Of a DNA stretch of 64,000 nt, positions 19,670 through 29,571 are shown one piece after another (position 1 is the stretch's first letter; each line of letters begins with the position of its first letter). This DNA is from an uncultured Nitrososphaeria archaeon. GTDB lineage: Archaea > Thermoproteota > Nitrososphaeria_A > Caldarchaeales > Wolframiiraptoraceae. The stretch covers positions 10,064-74,063 of the forward strand of contig CAZZKR010000025.1 of NCBI GenBank assembly GCA_964655015.1, written 5' to 3'. The notes beneath the pieces are model-generated. The model saw only the letters and a list, made by a program, of their open reading frames with translations. It made no database searches and was not told where the DNA came from. The position numbers and the translations under genes were made by a program.

Positions 19670-21093
19670 TAGGTCTCACCGAGTAGCCTGCCTAGTGCTG
19701 GATACATTTCTGCAACCCTCTCCCTAACCAAGAGTTGATAATACTGGTATGTAATTCCTACTAATAGGAGAAGCCCAGTACCAGTCCCGAAGGCATTAGT
19801 ATAGTCCGCGACACCTGCTATAAGCCCTACGAGTATTGCACCTAATATCGTAACTGTAGAGATATACTTTCCTATTATTTTTTCTATAACTTCGGGCGAC
19901 CTCCTGAATCCAGGAACCTGCATACCTGCGCGAACCAGCTGTTCTGCGACTTTCGAGGGACTTAACCCTCCTACGTTTACCCAAAATTTGGCAAACAGTA
20001 CGCAGAAAACAATAAGCAACCCAGCATACACGATGCCCCTAATAGGGTCTTGCAATAAGCCTGCAACGGAACCTGGCGAAGTCATGTAATAGGCTAATCC
20101 GCCCGTAGGCACTATTTGACCTCCTTCGGTTCTTTCGAATGTGCCTAAAAAGTTCAAAAAGACATTACTCCCGTCTTGGTTATAGCTATTCCATAAAATT
20201 GATGACAAATAGTAAATGTTGCCAAATATCATGCTAGCAAATATCACAGGTATAACCGAGACGTATAGCAACTTTACCGGATACTTTGCTTTAAACCCTG
20301 AGAACTTAGCGTAAGATAACGGTATCTCGACTTCAACAGCATTGAGATATATTAACACTAAGATTATGACGATCGTCGTCAGAAGACCCATGAGGTCCGG
20401 CATATTATGGGCACGCACGAGTACTGGGGATATCCCTCCTCCTGAGAATATTGACTGAAACGTCGCCAATATGACTCCCTGATAAAGTCCATCCGGAGAC
20501 ACAATCATCGGTGAGAATAACCTGATCATTATGTCTTGCGCAACGCCGACCGCTATGAATAAGCTTATACCGCTACCAAGTCCCCAACCTCTTTGTATCA
20601 ACTCGTCAAGCATTATTATAATGAACGTGGCCGCGATTAGCTGAATGAATACCAATATAGCTTGAGTCACCGTTATTGTACCAAATATTCCGCCTATGCT
20701 AAATGCAAGTGCTTGAATGGCGGCAATCACGAGTGATAGGATCTTACTTGCAGACGTGAAAAGTGCCCTATCTTCGGGTTTACTCAAATCCAATTTTATT
20801 ATTTCTGCTCCGACCAACAACTGGAGAAGTATACCTGCCGTGACTATAGGTCCAATGCCAAGCGTGGTCAGAGTTCCAGTTTTTTGGGCGAAAACCACAT
20901 GGAGTATGAAGATACTTTCAGTAACTTGAGTCCTTGGTATGCCATAAAGGTACACTTCCCCCATAATGAGGTATATGAGCATAACCAGAGCTGTCCATAC
21001 GAGTTTTTCAGCTAGGCTGATTCTTCTCTTTGGTCTGACCACTTCTGGCATAAGCCGGCTTACGCTTTCAATGACCCTTCTCGCTGCCGACAA
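19669..21093 (-). CDS. secY: Protein translocase SecY
   Basis: LGIGPIVTAG, GWGLGSGISLFI, YPVKLLYVSVIP, PGFRRS, GTGLLL. Confidence 0.98.
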   Translation of the reverse strand: MSAARRVIESVSRLMPEVVRPKRRISLAEKLVWTALVMLIYLIMGEVYLYGIPRTQVTESIFILHVVFAQKTGTLTTLGIGPIVTAGILLQLLVGAEIIKLDLSKPEDRALFTSASKILSLVIAAIQALAFSIGGIFGTITVTQAILVFIQLIAATFIIIMLDELIQRGWGLGSGISLFIAVGVAQDIMIRLFSPMIVSPDGLYQGVILATFQSIFSGGGISPVLVRAHNMPDLMGLLTTIVIILVLIYLNAVEVEIPLSYAKFSGFKAKYPVKLLYVSVIPVIFASMIFGNIYYLSSILWNSYNQDGSNVFLNFLGTFERTEGGQIVPTGGLAYYMTSPGSVAGLLQDPIRGIVYAGLLIVFCVLFAKFWVNVGGLSPSKVAEQLVRAGMQVPGFRRSPEVIEKIIGKYISTVTILGAILVGLIAGVADYTNAFGTGTGLLLLVGITYQYYQLLVRERVAEMYPALGRLLGET

Positions 21094-21109
21094 TTACTCC
21101 ACGTCCGCC

Positions 21110-21565
21110 TTATCCTATTAAAGCAGTCAGTTCTTCAGGTTTTATAATTTTGCCCCCAGCATCAGATATTTTTTTACTTGCCTGTTCGGTCCATCTCTCC
21201 ACGACAACCAATAGCGGCTTATAAACGTCGCCACCACCTAAGAGTTTTTCTATGCCTATGGACTTAAGATTGACGAGTAGCATGTTGTCCACTCTTTGCG
21301 CATTTTCACTTTTTTCAAGCGTCTCGGCCAATTCAGAGAGCTGCTTTAGGTTAATGGCCCTGTAAACTTTCCTATTTGGTCTGAAGAATCCGTGCTTGCC
21401 GAAGTAGTCGGGTGCGTATTTCAAAATCCAAGTCCATTTGTGTTTATGACTTCCAGCCATACCCCTGCCTCCTTTGGAGCCTTTCTTTCTATGCTGCCCT
21501 ATCTGCCCCCAGCCGCACGTCCTCGAACCCCTTAGCTTTCTTATCTTTCTTAACCTTGTTGGCAA
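21110..21565 (-). CDS. rpl15: 50S ribosomal protein uL15
   Basis: RKLRGSRTCGWG, GGRGMAG, YFGKHGF, KLLGGG. Confidence 0.96.
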   Translation of the reverse strand: MPTRLRKIRKLRGSRTCGWGQIGQHRKKGSKGGRGMAGSHKHKWTWILKYAPDYFGKHGFFRPNRKVYRAINLKQLSELAETLEKSENAQRVDNMLLVNLKSIGIEKLLGGGDVYKPLLVVVERWTEQASKKISDAGGKIIKPEELTALIG

Positions 21566-21689
21566 AGTTCCCACCCATTTACTTACGTGTATCCACGGTC
21601 TTCTTTGACCGGGAAGATATATAGTTTATACTTTTCGCTCTATACCATTCGTGCCGTCTTTGGTGGACGGAAGGCATAACAGCCGGTGT

Positions 21690-23630
21690 TCAGGATGCCT
21701 GCATCTTCTTCTTTATGTAGGGTAGGAGACCGCCGGCCAGCAACACTTCTTTTTGCTTCTCGATGAGGCTATATGTCGTGACAAACTCTATGCCCTTGGT
21801 CTTGTTTATGATTTTTATCGGCTCACCTTTCCTTACGGCCTCCGCTAATTTTGGGATTTCTAACTCATCACCAGTGTCTATTTTATCGTAGTCTGCCGGA
21901 TTCTTGAACGTCAGCGGGATTATTCCAAAATTGATCAAGTTTTCTTTATGTATTCTAGCCAGAGATTTTGCTATCACTGCCTTAACGCCTAAGTATGCGG
22001 GCGCAATTGCCGCATGTTCTCTCGAAGAACCTTGGCCGTAGTTTTCTCCACCTACGATCACGCCAGCCTTAACGGTCCTTGCTCTCTCGTAGAACGTGGG
22101 GTCTATCCTGCTGAATGTGTACTTAGATATTTCAGGTATGTTTGATCTGAGCGGCAGAATCTTTGCACCCGCTGGAAGTATGTCATCGGTGCTTATGTTG
22201 TCGCCGAGCTTTATTAAAACCTTGGCGGTCAGCGACTCCGCCAGAGGTTCCTTCACCGGCACCTCCTTTATGTTCGGCCCCTTTATCACCTCGACAGCCT
22301 CGGGCGTTGGTGACGGAGGAATAATCATGTTGTCGTTTATTAAGAAGCGGTCGGGTTCCTCGACGTACGTTACGTTGATATCCGATTCTCTCGGATCTGC
22401 GAATTCTCCCTTCAGAGCTATGTAGGTCGCGACCAGCGGGTTGGTCAGGTAAACGCTGGCCTCGAGCGTTCCCGACCTGCCCTTAAAGTTCCTGTTAAAC
22501 GACCTGACCGATACACCATTATAAGGTGGTGCTTGACCCATGCCAATGCAAGGACCGCACGCCACCTCGAGAATCCTTGCACCAGCCGCTATCATATCAG
22601 CTAACGCGCCTTCCCTAGCCAGCATCTCGTAAACCTGCTTAGAGCCTGGTGAGATTGTCATGCTCACATTCGGCGCGACCGTTCTTCCCTTAAGTATCTG
22701 GGCTACGGCTTTCATCACTTGATATGATGAGTTTGTGCAACTTCCGATACACACTTGATCCACCTTTATGCCCTTAAGCTCGCTTATTTTCACAACATTG
22801 TCGGGCTGGTGCGGCTTAGCGACATAAGGCTCTAACTCGCTTAAGTTCACAGTAATTGTATCTGCATATTCTGCATCGGGGTCCGGACTTAGCTCCCTCC
22901 ACACCTCCCCTCTATTTTGAGCCTCAAGATAATGCTTCGTCCTCATGTCTGAGGGAAATATTGAGGTCGTTAAACCTAGTTCAGCTCCAAAGTTAGCGAT
23001 GGTTGCTCTTTCTGTTACTGTGAGAGTCTTAACACCCGGGCCGACGTATTCAAATATCTTTCCGACACCACCCTTGACCGTAAACCTTCTCAACAGCTCA
23101 AACACGACATCCATAGCCGTAACCCAAGGCCTCTTCAGCTCACCCTCAAGGACAACCTTGACGATTTCAGGTACTTTGAACTCGTAAGGCTCTCCCGCCA
23201 TGGCTGCGGCAACCTCCAGACCGCCGACACCTATTGCAAGCATGCCCATGCCGCCAGCTGTCGGCGTATGGCTATCAGAACCGAGTAGCACTTGCCCGGG
23301 GGCAGCGAATCTTTCTAAATGTACTTGATGACAGATGCCGTTTCCCGGTCTAGAATAGTATATGCCGTACTTCGCCGCTGCTGTCCTTAAGAATACGTGG
23401 TCGTCAGCGTTTAGGTTATCGATCTGGAGTATGTTGTGGTCAACATAAACCACTGCGAGCGGAACCTTTACACGCGGAACACCCATGGCCTCGAACTCTA
23501 ACATGGCCATTGTACCAGTCGCATCTTGCATTAACACTTGGTCTACCTTTATAGAAACAACCTCACCGGGCTCGGGCTTTCCGCTCACAAGGTGCTCCTT
23601 TATTATCTTCTGGGTCATCGTTAGACCCAT
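21690..23630 (-). CDS. acn: Aconitate hydratase (compact single-chain type)
   Basis: QDATGTM, GSDSHT, IGSCTN, CGPCIG, NRNF, NYGQGSSREHA. Confidence 0.93.
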   Translation of the reverse strand: MGLTMTQKIIKEHLVSGKPEPGEVVSIKVDQVLMQDATGTMAMLEFEAMGVPRVKVPLAVVYVDHNILQIDNLNADDHVFLRTAAAKYGIYYSRPGNGICHQVHLERFAAPGQVLLGSDSHTPTAGGMGMLAIGVGGLEVAAAMAGEPYEFKVPEIVKVVLEGELKRPWVTAMDVVFELLRRFTVKGGVGKIFEYVGPGVKTLTVTERATIANFGAELGLTTSIFPSDMRTKHYLEAQNRGEVWRELSPDPDAEYADTITVNLSELEPYVAKPHQPDNVVKISELKGIKVDQVCIGSCTNSSYQVMKAVAQILKGRTVAPNVSMTISPGSKQVYEMLAREGALADMIAAGARILEVACGPCIGMGQAPPYNGVSVRSFNRNFKGRSGTLEASVYLTNPLVATYIALKGEFADPRESDINVTYVEEPDRFLINDNMIIPPSPTPEAVEVIKGPNIKEVPVKEPLAESLTAKVLIKLGDNISTDDILPAGAKILPLRSNIPEISKYTFSRIDPTFYERARTVKAGVIVGGENYGQGSSREHAAIAPAYLGVKAVIAKSLARIHKENLINFGIIPLTFKNPADYDKIDTGDELEIPKLAEAVRKGEPIKIINKTKGIEFVTTYSLIEKQKEVLLAGGLLPYIKKKMQAS

Positions 23631-23697
23631 ATAGATAACCTACATTACGCTTTCAAAAATCACATATTTAAAGTTTGCCGGAACTTTTTTTCTTTTT

Positions 23698-23800
23698 TGA
23701 ACCATGGTACTAGGGACGTAGTGTACCACTGCAATTAGTTCAGCACGGCGGAAAAATTTTCTGAGGATGCCAAACTAATTCTTGGCACACCCAGCGTTCA
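23698..23800 (-). ncRNA. Candidate structured ncRNA (long hairpin)
   Basis: 13-bp and 8-bp stems that pair fully only on the minus strand (G-U pairs), plus a closing UGAAC/GUUCA stem. Confidence 0.35.
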
Positions 23801-23860
23801 TGCATCGCCATAATTAATAAGGAACGAATTAATTCTTCCATAGCAAGTGGTCGGGGTAGG

Positions 23861-24775
23861 ATGGGTGCAAGAAGCATAGTTCTGAGGTCACTCATGATTG
23901 CCATAATAGTAGGCCTCTTAGCCACAATCGCGTGGCTTTTATGGAGTATAGGTATAATTCCGCCCTCCGTCCCCCTCAACATCGTTTATACACTCCTAGC
24001 GGTCGTAGGCATCGTTTTGATAGTTTACAGCATAAGCGGCCCAATCCTCAAAAGTCTCTTGCCCAAGTATGGACGTAAGGCTTACACAATAATGAACGTC
24101 ATTAAGGTCTTCGCCTATATAATAGCTGGTATAGTTCTTCTCACATCGTTAGGGGTAAGCCCTGAGGTAGCTCTCGCAGGAGGAACGTTTTCCGGATTAA
24201 TCATCGGTCTGGCCGTACAGCCTGTACTTAGCAACTTCTTCGCCGGCCTTATAGTGTTGCTTACGGGTTACGTGAAGCCCGGAGATGATATTAGGCTTAT
24301 GACACCTGAGATACCGTACCAATGGGCATTCTTGCCCGGTTACAAGTATTTCTCGCCTGACTATATATTCGTCGGCTATAGGGGCAGAATTGTCGAGGTC
24401 GGTCTACTTTACACCCTGATGATATCGGATAGCGGCATACAATTGAAAATCCCGAACAGGATAATATTCAACGCAACGATCGTTAATTATACGCCTGAAA
24501 CTCAGCTAGAAAGGATGCTGCAGGTTCGTTACGAATTTAAGGTGGAATATGACCCCGATTTGGTTCTTGAGAGGGTTAGGAATGCGCTAAGCGACATGGA
24601 GGGGATAGAGGAAATAACGATTAACGAGCAAAGTGATAAAGAATACTATATCGTTCAGATCCGGTTCTTCGCACCTATGGATAGGGATTGGAGAGCGATA
24701 AAGTCCGAGGTATTGAAGAGACTTATAAAAGTTCACAGGGAACTCAAGCTTGTTGAAAAACCTGCAAGTGGATGA
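23861..24775 (+). CDS. mscS: MscS family mechanosensitive channel
   Basis: IIGLAVQPVLSNFFAGL, KPGDDI, LKIPN. Confidence 0.9.
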   Translation: MGARSIVLRSLMIAIIVGLLATIAWLLWSIGIIPPSVPLNIVYTLLAVVGIVLIVYSISGPILKSLLPKYGRKAYTIMNVIKVFAYIIAGIVLLTSLGVSPEVALAGGTFSGLIIGLAVQPVLSNFFAGLIVLLTGYVKPGDDIRLMTPEIPYQWAFLPGYKYFSPDYIFVGYRGRIVEVGLLYTLMISDSGIQLKIPNRIIFNATIVNYTPETQLERMLQVRYEFKVEYDPDLVLERVRNALSDMEGIEEITINEQSDKEYYIVQIRFFAPMDRDWRAIKSEVLKRLIKVHRELKLVEKPASG

Positions 24776-24832
24776 ACTTGGGTTTAAAAGATAAAAAGCA
24801 CAACCTCCCCATGATGTTGGTCAGAGATAGAC

Positions 24833-26206
24833 ATGCCCGTGCTTCCTATAGATTCTGAAAGATACGGTAGCAAAGAAATGAAAGAAATCTTCGAAGAGAG
24901 TAGCAGAGTTAAGTACATACTCGCGGTCGAGGCAGCAGTTGCGGAAGCTCAAGCAGAGCTAGGAATCATACCGGCGGATGCTGGCAGGGAGATAGCGTCG
25001 AAGGCCAACATAAGCTACGTAACCCTAGAAAAGTGCAAGGAGGTCGAGAAGAAAATAGGTCATGAGCCCGCAAACATCGTGGAAGTTTTAGTTGACGTAT
25101 GTGAAGAACACGCAAAGCCGTGGGTTCATTATGGGCTGACGAGTAACGACCTCTTGGATACCGCTACGTCCCTACAGATAAGGGATGCTATGAAAATAAT
25201 TGAGAGTAGAATGCGCGAGCTTACAATTCTGTTGGCTGAGATGGCGCAGCAGTATGCTGACCTGCCTGCGGTCGGGAGAACCCATGGGCAACACGCAAGC
25301 ATAATATCTTTCGGTCTGAAATTTGCTGTCTGGGCCTCTGAAATGCTGAGACATTTTGATAGACTCAACCAAATACTTGAAAGGGTATTGGTATGCAAAA
25401 CATTGGGCGTAGTTGGTACAGGTTCTGTCATGGGCGAGAAGGCACTCGAGGTCCAAAGGCGGGTCGCAGAAAAGCTTGCCTTGAAGCCTATCGATGCTGC
25501 AACACAGGTCGTTCCTAGGGAGCTTCATGCAGAGGTCGTCTTCTTCGCCGCAATCCTCGCATCCACCTTGGATAGGATTGCCACGGAGATAAGGAACTTG
25601 CAAAGGACGGAAATAGGCGAGGTTGAGGAACCATTCAGGCCAGGGCAGGTTGGGAGCTCGGCAGTCCCCGTTAAAAGAAATCCCATAAGGTCCGAAAAAG
25701 TCTCCTCGATAGCGCGTTTACTAAGGCCCTTAGTTCAGGTTGCCCTTGATAACATACCGCTGTGGCATGAGAGGGATTTGAGTAACTCGGCGAATGAGCG
25801 ATTCATAATTCCCATGAGTCTCATTTTACTCGACGAAGCTCTCAGAACCATGACGGAGGTAATAAAGGGGCTTAAGGTTAATGAGAAAGCCATAATAGCT
25901 AACATCCAAAAGACCGGCGGAAGGATATTTTCCGAATTTATACTGGATTTGCTTTTGAAAAGGGGCTTTCCTAGAATTAGCGCTTACAGAATCGTTCAGA
26001 AAGCATCGGAGATAACTGATGTGCCCTTTATTGATGCCCTGCTCCAGATTCCGGAAGTTGCGCGTACGTTATCGAGAGAAGAGATAGAAAGTGTTATGAG
26101 ACCAGATGCTTGTTTAGGCGCGTCAAAACTGATAATAACTCAGGTCGTCGATGAAGTGAAAAGAAAACTCTCTACTCCTGGAAGCTCCTTTCCTCAGACG
26201 GCTTAG
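24833..26206 (+). CDS. purB: Adenylosuccinate lyase
   Basis: HYGLTSND, GRTHGQHA, GSSAVPVKRNPI, WHERDLSNSANER. Confidence 0.95.
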   Translation: MPVLPIDSERYGSKEMKEIFEESSRVKYILAVEAAVAEAQAELGIIPADAGREIASKANISYVTLEKCKEVEKKIGHEPANIVEVLVDVCEEHAKPWVHYGLTSNDLLDTATSLQIRDAMKIIESRMRELTILLAEMAQQYADLPAVGRTHGQHASIISFGLKFAVWASEMLRHFDRLNQILERVLVCKTLGVVGTGSVMGEKALEVQRRVAEKLALKPIDAATQVVPRELHAEVVFFAAILASTLDRIATEIRNLQRTEIGEVEEPFRPGQVGSSAVPVKRNPIRSEKVSSIARLLRPLVQVALDNIPLWHERDLSNSANERFIIPMSLILLDEALRTMTEVIKGLKVNEKAIIANIQKTGGRIFSEFILDLLLKRGFPRISAYRIVQKASEITDVPFIDALLQIPEVARTLSREEIESVMRPDACLGASKLIITQVVDEVKRKLSTPGSSFPQTA

Positions 26207-26339
26207 CTTCCAGCACCCTCAGCCTATAGTTGTTTCTGTTCCTGATTCTCGGTATTGGGCTACGTCTTGGTTTGGCCTCCAGCTTCGGCGTTTGGGACCT
26301 TACCTTCCCAGCCTTAGTCACGGACCCGTGGCTCGGCAT
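26172..26339 (-). CDS. rps30e: 30S ribosomal protein eS30
   Basis: MPSHGSVTKAGKVRSQTPK. Confidence 0.95.
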   Translation of the reverse strand: MPSHGSVTKAGKVRSQTPKLEAKPRRSPIPRIRNRNNYRLRVLEAKPSEERSFQE

Positions 26340-26430
26340 CTCGAATTCCCAAGATTCTTTACTCACTCGTCCATTTATACCTTATGACAACAGCTATATC
26401 CTAATGCATGAGGATTTATCATGAATCAAA

Positions 26431-27624
26431 ATGGCTGTGGCGCGTATCGTGGCAAGCCCGTTGGGCATAGTGGCCTTAGATGGTGATAAAATTGTAGGCT
26501 TTCGCAGTTATGGCAATGACCTGAACGAAGCCGCAAAAGTTTACTCAAACTTACAGAACGGCGTACTCCCCCCTAACATAAATGAGCTACTCAAGGAGTT
26601 ATCGGATAAGGGCTACTCTTCGCTGACAGTTGAGGACCCAAAGCTTTTCGAATCGCTAAGTAAACTGACGGAAGGTGCTGCCTTGACCGTCGAATACATG
26701 GAACCGGAGCCTATAGACCTAGAGTCTCTATTCCTGAAGAATGGACTCGTCAGTAGCCGTGAGGAGTACGAGCAGAAGGTAAAGATGGTTTGCGATGCGG
26801 TTCTAGCGCTCAGCCTCAGAGCCGCCATAAGTAGAAGGGATGTACTCATTATACCTGCCGTGCACGCTCATGAGAACATCGAGAAGCAGATAAACACGAT
26901 CTACATGGGTTGTAGAGAGTGGTACGGTATACACTTCCCCGAGCTAAACGACTTGATCGACGATCCCGAAGATTATCTAAAAATCGTAACAAAAATAGGC
27001 TTAAGGGATAGGATGGATGAAGAGAGTCTCTCAAAGGTCATCCCGGGTCATAAAAGGTTAAAGGATATACTCATAGCAAAGGAAAAGTCCGTGGGTGCTA
27101 ACTTACTAGAACAGGATGAAGAGTACATAAAAAGATTTGCTGAGGAGGGTCTAAGGTTAATACAGCTTAGGAGGGATTTAGAAAATTATATCAAGTCACT
27201 CATGAGCCTTGAAGCACCAAACTTAGCAGCAATAGCGGGACCAATACTCGGGTCCAAGCTGCTGGCGCTGGCAGGAGGTCTAGAGAAGCTTGCAAGAATG
27301 CCTGCGAGCACAATACAAGTACTCGGTGCCGAAAAGGCACTTTTCCGTTTCCTTAAAACTGGCAGGGGCGCACCAAAGCACGGGCTGATATTCCAGCACC
27401 CATACGTACACACATCGCCTAAATGGCAGAGGGGAAAGATAGCTAGAGCGCTCGCGGCTAAAATATCCATAGCCGCACGTATAGACTATTTCTCACGCGA
27501 GGATAGAAGTGCCGAACTTAGGAAGGCGTTGGAAGAAAGGATAAAAGAGATAAAAACAAAATACGCAGAACCTCCTAAACGTGAGAAGAAGGTGAAAAAG
27601 CTCAAGGGTCCCCGAAAGGGTTAA
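26431..27624 (+). CDS. nop5: C/D sRNP protein Nop5 (Nop56/58)
   Basis: REWYGIHFPEL, APNL, PASTIQVLGAEKALF, PKHG, RGKIARALA. Confidence 0.96.
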   Translation: MAVARIVASPLGIVALDGDKIVGFRSYGNDLNEAAKVYSNLQNGVLPPNINELLKELSDKGYSSLTVEDPKLFESLSKLTEGAALTVEYMEPEPIDLESLFLKNGLVSSREEYEQKVKMVCDAVLALSLRAAISRRDVLIIPAVHAHENIEKQINTIYMGCREWYGIHFPELNDLIDDPEDYLKIVTKIGLRDRMDEESLSKVIPGHKRLKDILIAKEKSVGANLLEQDEEYIKRFAEEGLRLIQLRRDLENYIKSLMSLEAPNLAAIAGPILGSKLLALAGGLEKLARMPASTIQVLGAEKALFRFLKTGRGAPKHGLIFQHPYVHTSPKWQRGKIARALAAKISIAARIDYFSREDRSAELRKALEERIKEIKTKYAEPPKREKKVKKLKGPRKG

Positions 27625-27645
27625 AGGATCTTTTGGGTGGTTGTA

Positions 27646-28344
27646 ATGTTAAGTGTTGAAAAGCATGATAGGTTCGACGGTGTGTATTGGGTTTACTCGG
27701 ATGATGAAAAGACACTTGCGACTAGGAGTTTGGATAAGGGCTTTAGGGTCTATGGTGAAAGGTTATTCAGAATAGGTGATGAGGAGTATCGAGAATGGAT
27801 TCCTTACAGGAGCAAGCTCGCGGCGGCGATCCTCTCTGGCATCAAGGAGATAGGTATCAGGTTAGGATCTAGGGTGCTGTACTTAGGTGTCGCATCTGGG
27901 ACGACGGCAAGTCACGTCTCTGACATAATTGGTGAGAAAGGCATGCTCTATGGTGTTGATTTCGCGCCGATCGTCTTGGCCCAGTTTAAGCGCAACGTTG
28001 CTGATAGGAGGAAGAACGTCGTCGCGATATACGCAGACGCTAGGTTCCCTACGACCTACAAATCCATTGTCGGTCAGGTGGACTTCATCTACTGCGACAT
28101 CGCCCAGCCGGAGCAGGCCAAGATACTTGCTGAAAATGCTAGGCTCATGCTAAAGGGTGACGGCTTAGCCATGATAGCGATAAAGGCAAGAAGTATCGAT
28201 AGCGTTGAGGAGCCCAGCAAAGTTTACAAGCAAGAGATTGCTGTGTTAGAGAGTAGAGGCTTCATCGTTCTCGAAAAAGTTGACTTAGGAAAGTATGAGC
28301 AAGATCACATTATGGTCTTAGCGAGGTACTCGTCGAGAAGGTAA
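27646..28344 (+). CDS. flpA: Fibrillarin
   Basis: VYGE, YRSKLAAA, VLYLGVASGTT, DIAQPEQA. Confidence 0.97.
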   Translation: MLSVEKHDRFDGVYWVYSDDEKTLATRSLDKGFRVYGERLFRIGDEEYREWIPYRSKLAAAILSGIKEIGIRLGSRVLYLGVASGTTASHVSDIIGEKGMLYGVDFAPIVLAQFKRNVADRRKNVVAIYADARFPTTYKSIVGQVDFIYCDIAQPEQAKILAENARLMLKGDGLAMIAIKARSIDSVEEPSKVYKQEIAVLESRGFIVLEKVDLGKYEQDHIMVLARYSSRR

Positions 28345-28353
28345 AAATAAAAA

Positions 28354-29010
28354 ATGATAATCTGCGGTATAGACGAGGCCGGTAGGGGCTCGGTAATCGG
28401 ACCTTTGGTAGTATTGGGAATTTCGATTCATGAGAAAGACATCCCCTCGCTCAGGGAGATAGGTGTTAGGGATTCAAAAAGCCTGAGTAGGAAAGCGAGG
28501 GAGGAGCTTTACCAAAAAATACTGAGCTTGAACGTTAACGTTTACGAGGTTGTCGTGGACGCTGCTGAGGTGGACAGGTATCTAAAAAAGAGGTCCGGAC
28601 TCGGCATAAACGTGCTGGAGGCAAGTGCAACGGTCAAAATCATCAAAAACCTCAGACCAGAAGTGGTGTACATAGACTCTCCGGACATAAAACCTTCCAG
28701 GTACGCAGAAAGGATTTTGGCGATGCTAGACTACTCTCCCCGTATAATATGCGAGCACAAGGCGGACTCCCGCTATGAGGTTGTGTCCGCTGCCTCTATC
28801 CTCGCGAAAGTGAAGAGGGACACCATACTGGCCAAGCTATCCGAGCTCTATGGAGATTTAGGTTCCGGATACTCCTCGGACAGGAGGACTGTCGACTTCC
28901 TAAGCAGATGCTTAAGGGATAAAGGTGAAGTCCCTTCATGCGTGAGGAGAGGGTGGAAGACCGTCGATAAACTCCTACAAGCGAGGTTGGATAATTTTGA
29001 GGAGGGATAG
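28354..29010 (+). CDS. rnhB: Ribonuclease HII
   Basis: GIDEAGRG, DSK, HKAD, SAASILAKV, GSGY. Confidence 0.96.
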   Translation: MIICGIDEAGRGSVIGPLVVLGISIHEKDIPSLREIGVRDSKSLSRKAREELYQKILSLNVNVYEVVVDAAEVDRYLKKRSGLGINVLEASATVKIIKNLRPEVVYIDSPDIKPSRYAERILAMLDYSPRIICEHKADSRYEVVSAASILAKVKRDTILAKLSELYGDLGSGYSSDRRTVDFLSRCLRDKGEVPSCVRRGWKTVDKLLQARLDNFEEG

Positions 29011-29013
29011 GTT

Positions 29014-29571
29014 ATGGACGACGAAAGATTATTTGTGCTTACGGGAGCCCCGGGAAGCGGTAAGACGACCGTGGTATTGAGACTCGTTGATATTTTGAAG
29101 CAGATGGGAGTCAGTGTGGGAGGGATGTACACGAGGGAGGTTAGGTCTTCTGGGAGTAGGGTAGGATTTGAGATAGTGGATGTTGCAACAGGCAAGGTTG
29201 GTGTGCTGGCTTCGGTAGGTCATGGGTCAGGACCTAGGGTCGGCAAGTATTCGGTCAACCTGAAGGATTTAGAGGAGGTCGGTGTCAAGGCGATAGAATC
29301 AGCCAACCAATACGATGTGGTAGTCGTGGACGAAGTCGGACCGATGGAACTGAAGAGTCATAAGTTTAAGGAGGCCGTGAGGAAGCTTTTGACGAGAGAT
29401 AAGCCGATAGTTCTTACGATTCACTACAGAGCGAGCGATGAGTTGCTCGAGGAGATAAGGAAGCTCGTGGGCGGAAAGAGTATAGTGGTAACCTTCGAGA
29501 ATCGGGATAGGTTGCCCATGGAGCTCGCAAAAAGGATTAAGGGCATACTGGGAGGTGTCGGGATTGGATGA
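29014..29571 (+). CDS. NTPase (THEP1/NTPase_1 family)
   Basis: TGAPGSGKTT, RVGFEI, RVGKY, VDEVGPMEL. Confidence 0.93.
   Translation: MDDERLFVLTGAPGSGKTTVVLRLVDILKQMGVSVGGMYTREVRSSGSRVGFEIVDVATGKVGVLASVGHGSGPRVGKYSVNLKDLEEVGVKAIESANQYDVVVVDEVGPMELKSHKFKEAVRKLLTRDKPIVLTIHYRASDELLEEIRKLVGGKSIVVTFENRDRLPMELAKRIKGILGGVGIG

Noticed and set aside
23720..23740. IRE-like CAGUGG upstream of aconitase
   Set aside because: The flanks do not form the 5-bp upper stem with a bulged C. The motif lies inside another helix and upstream of the proximal promoter.
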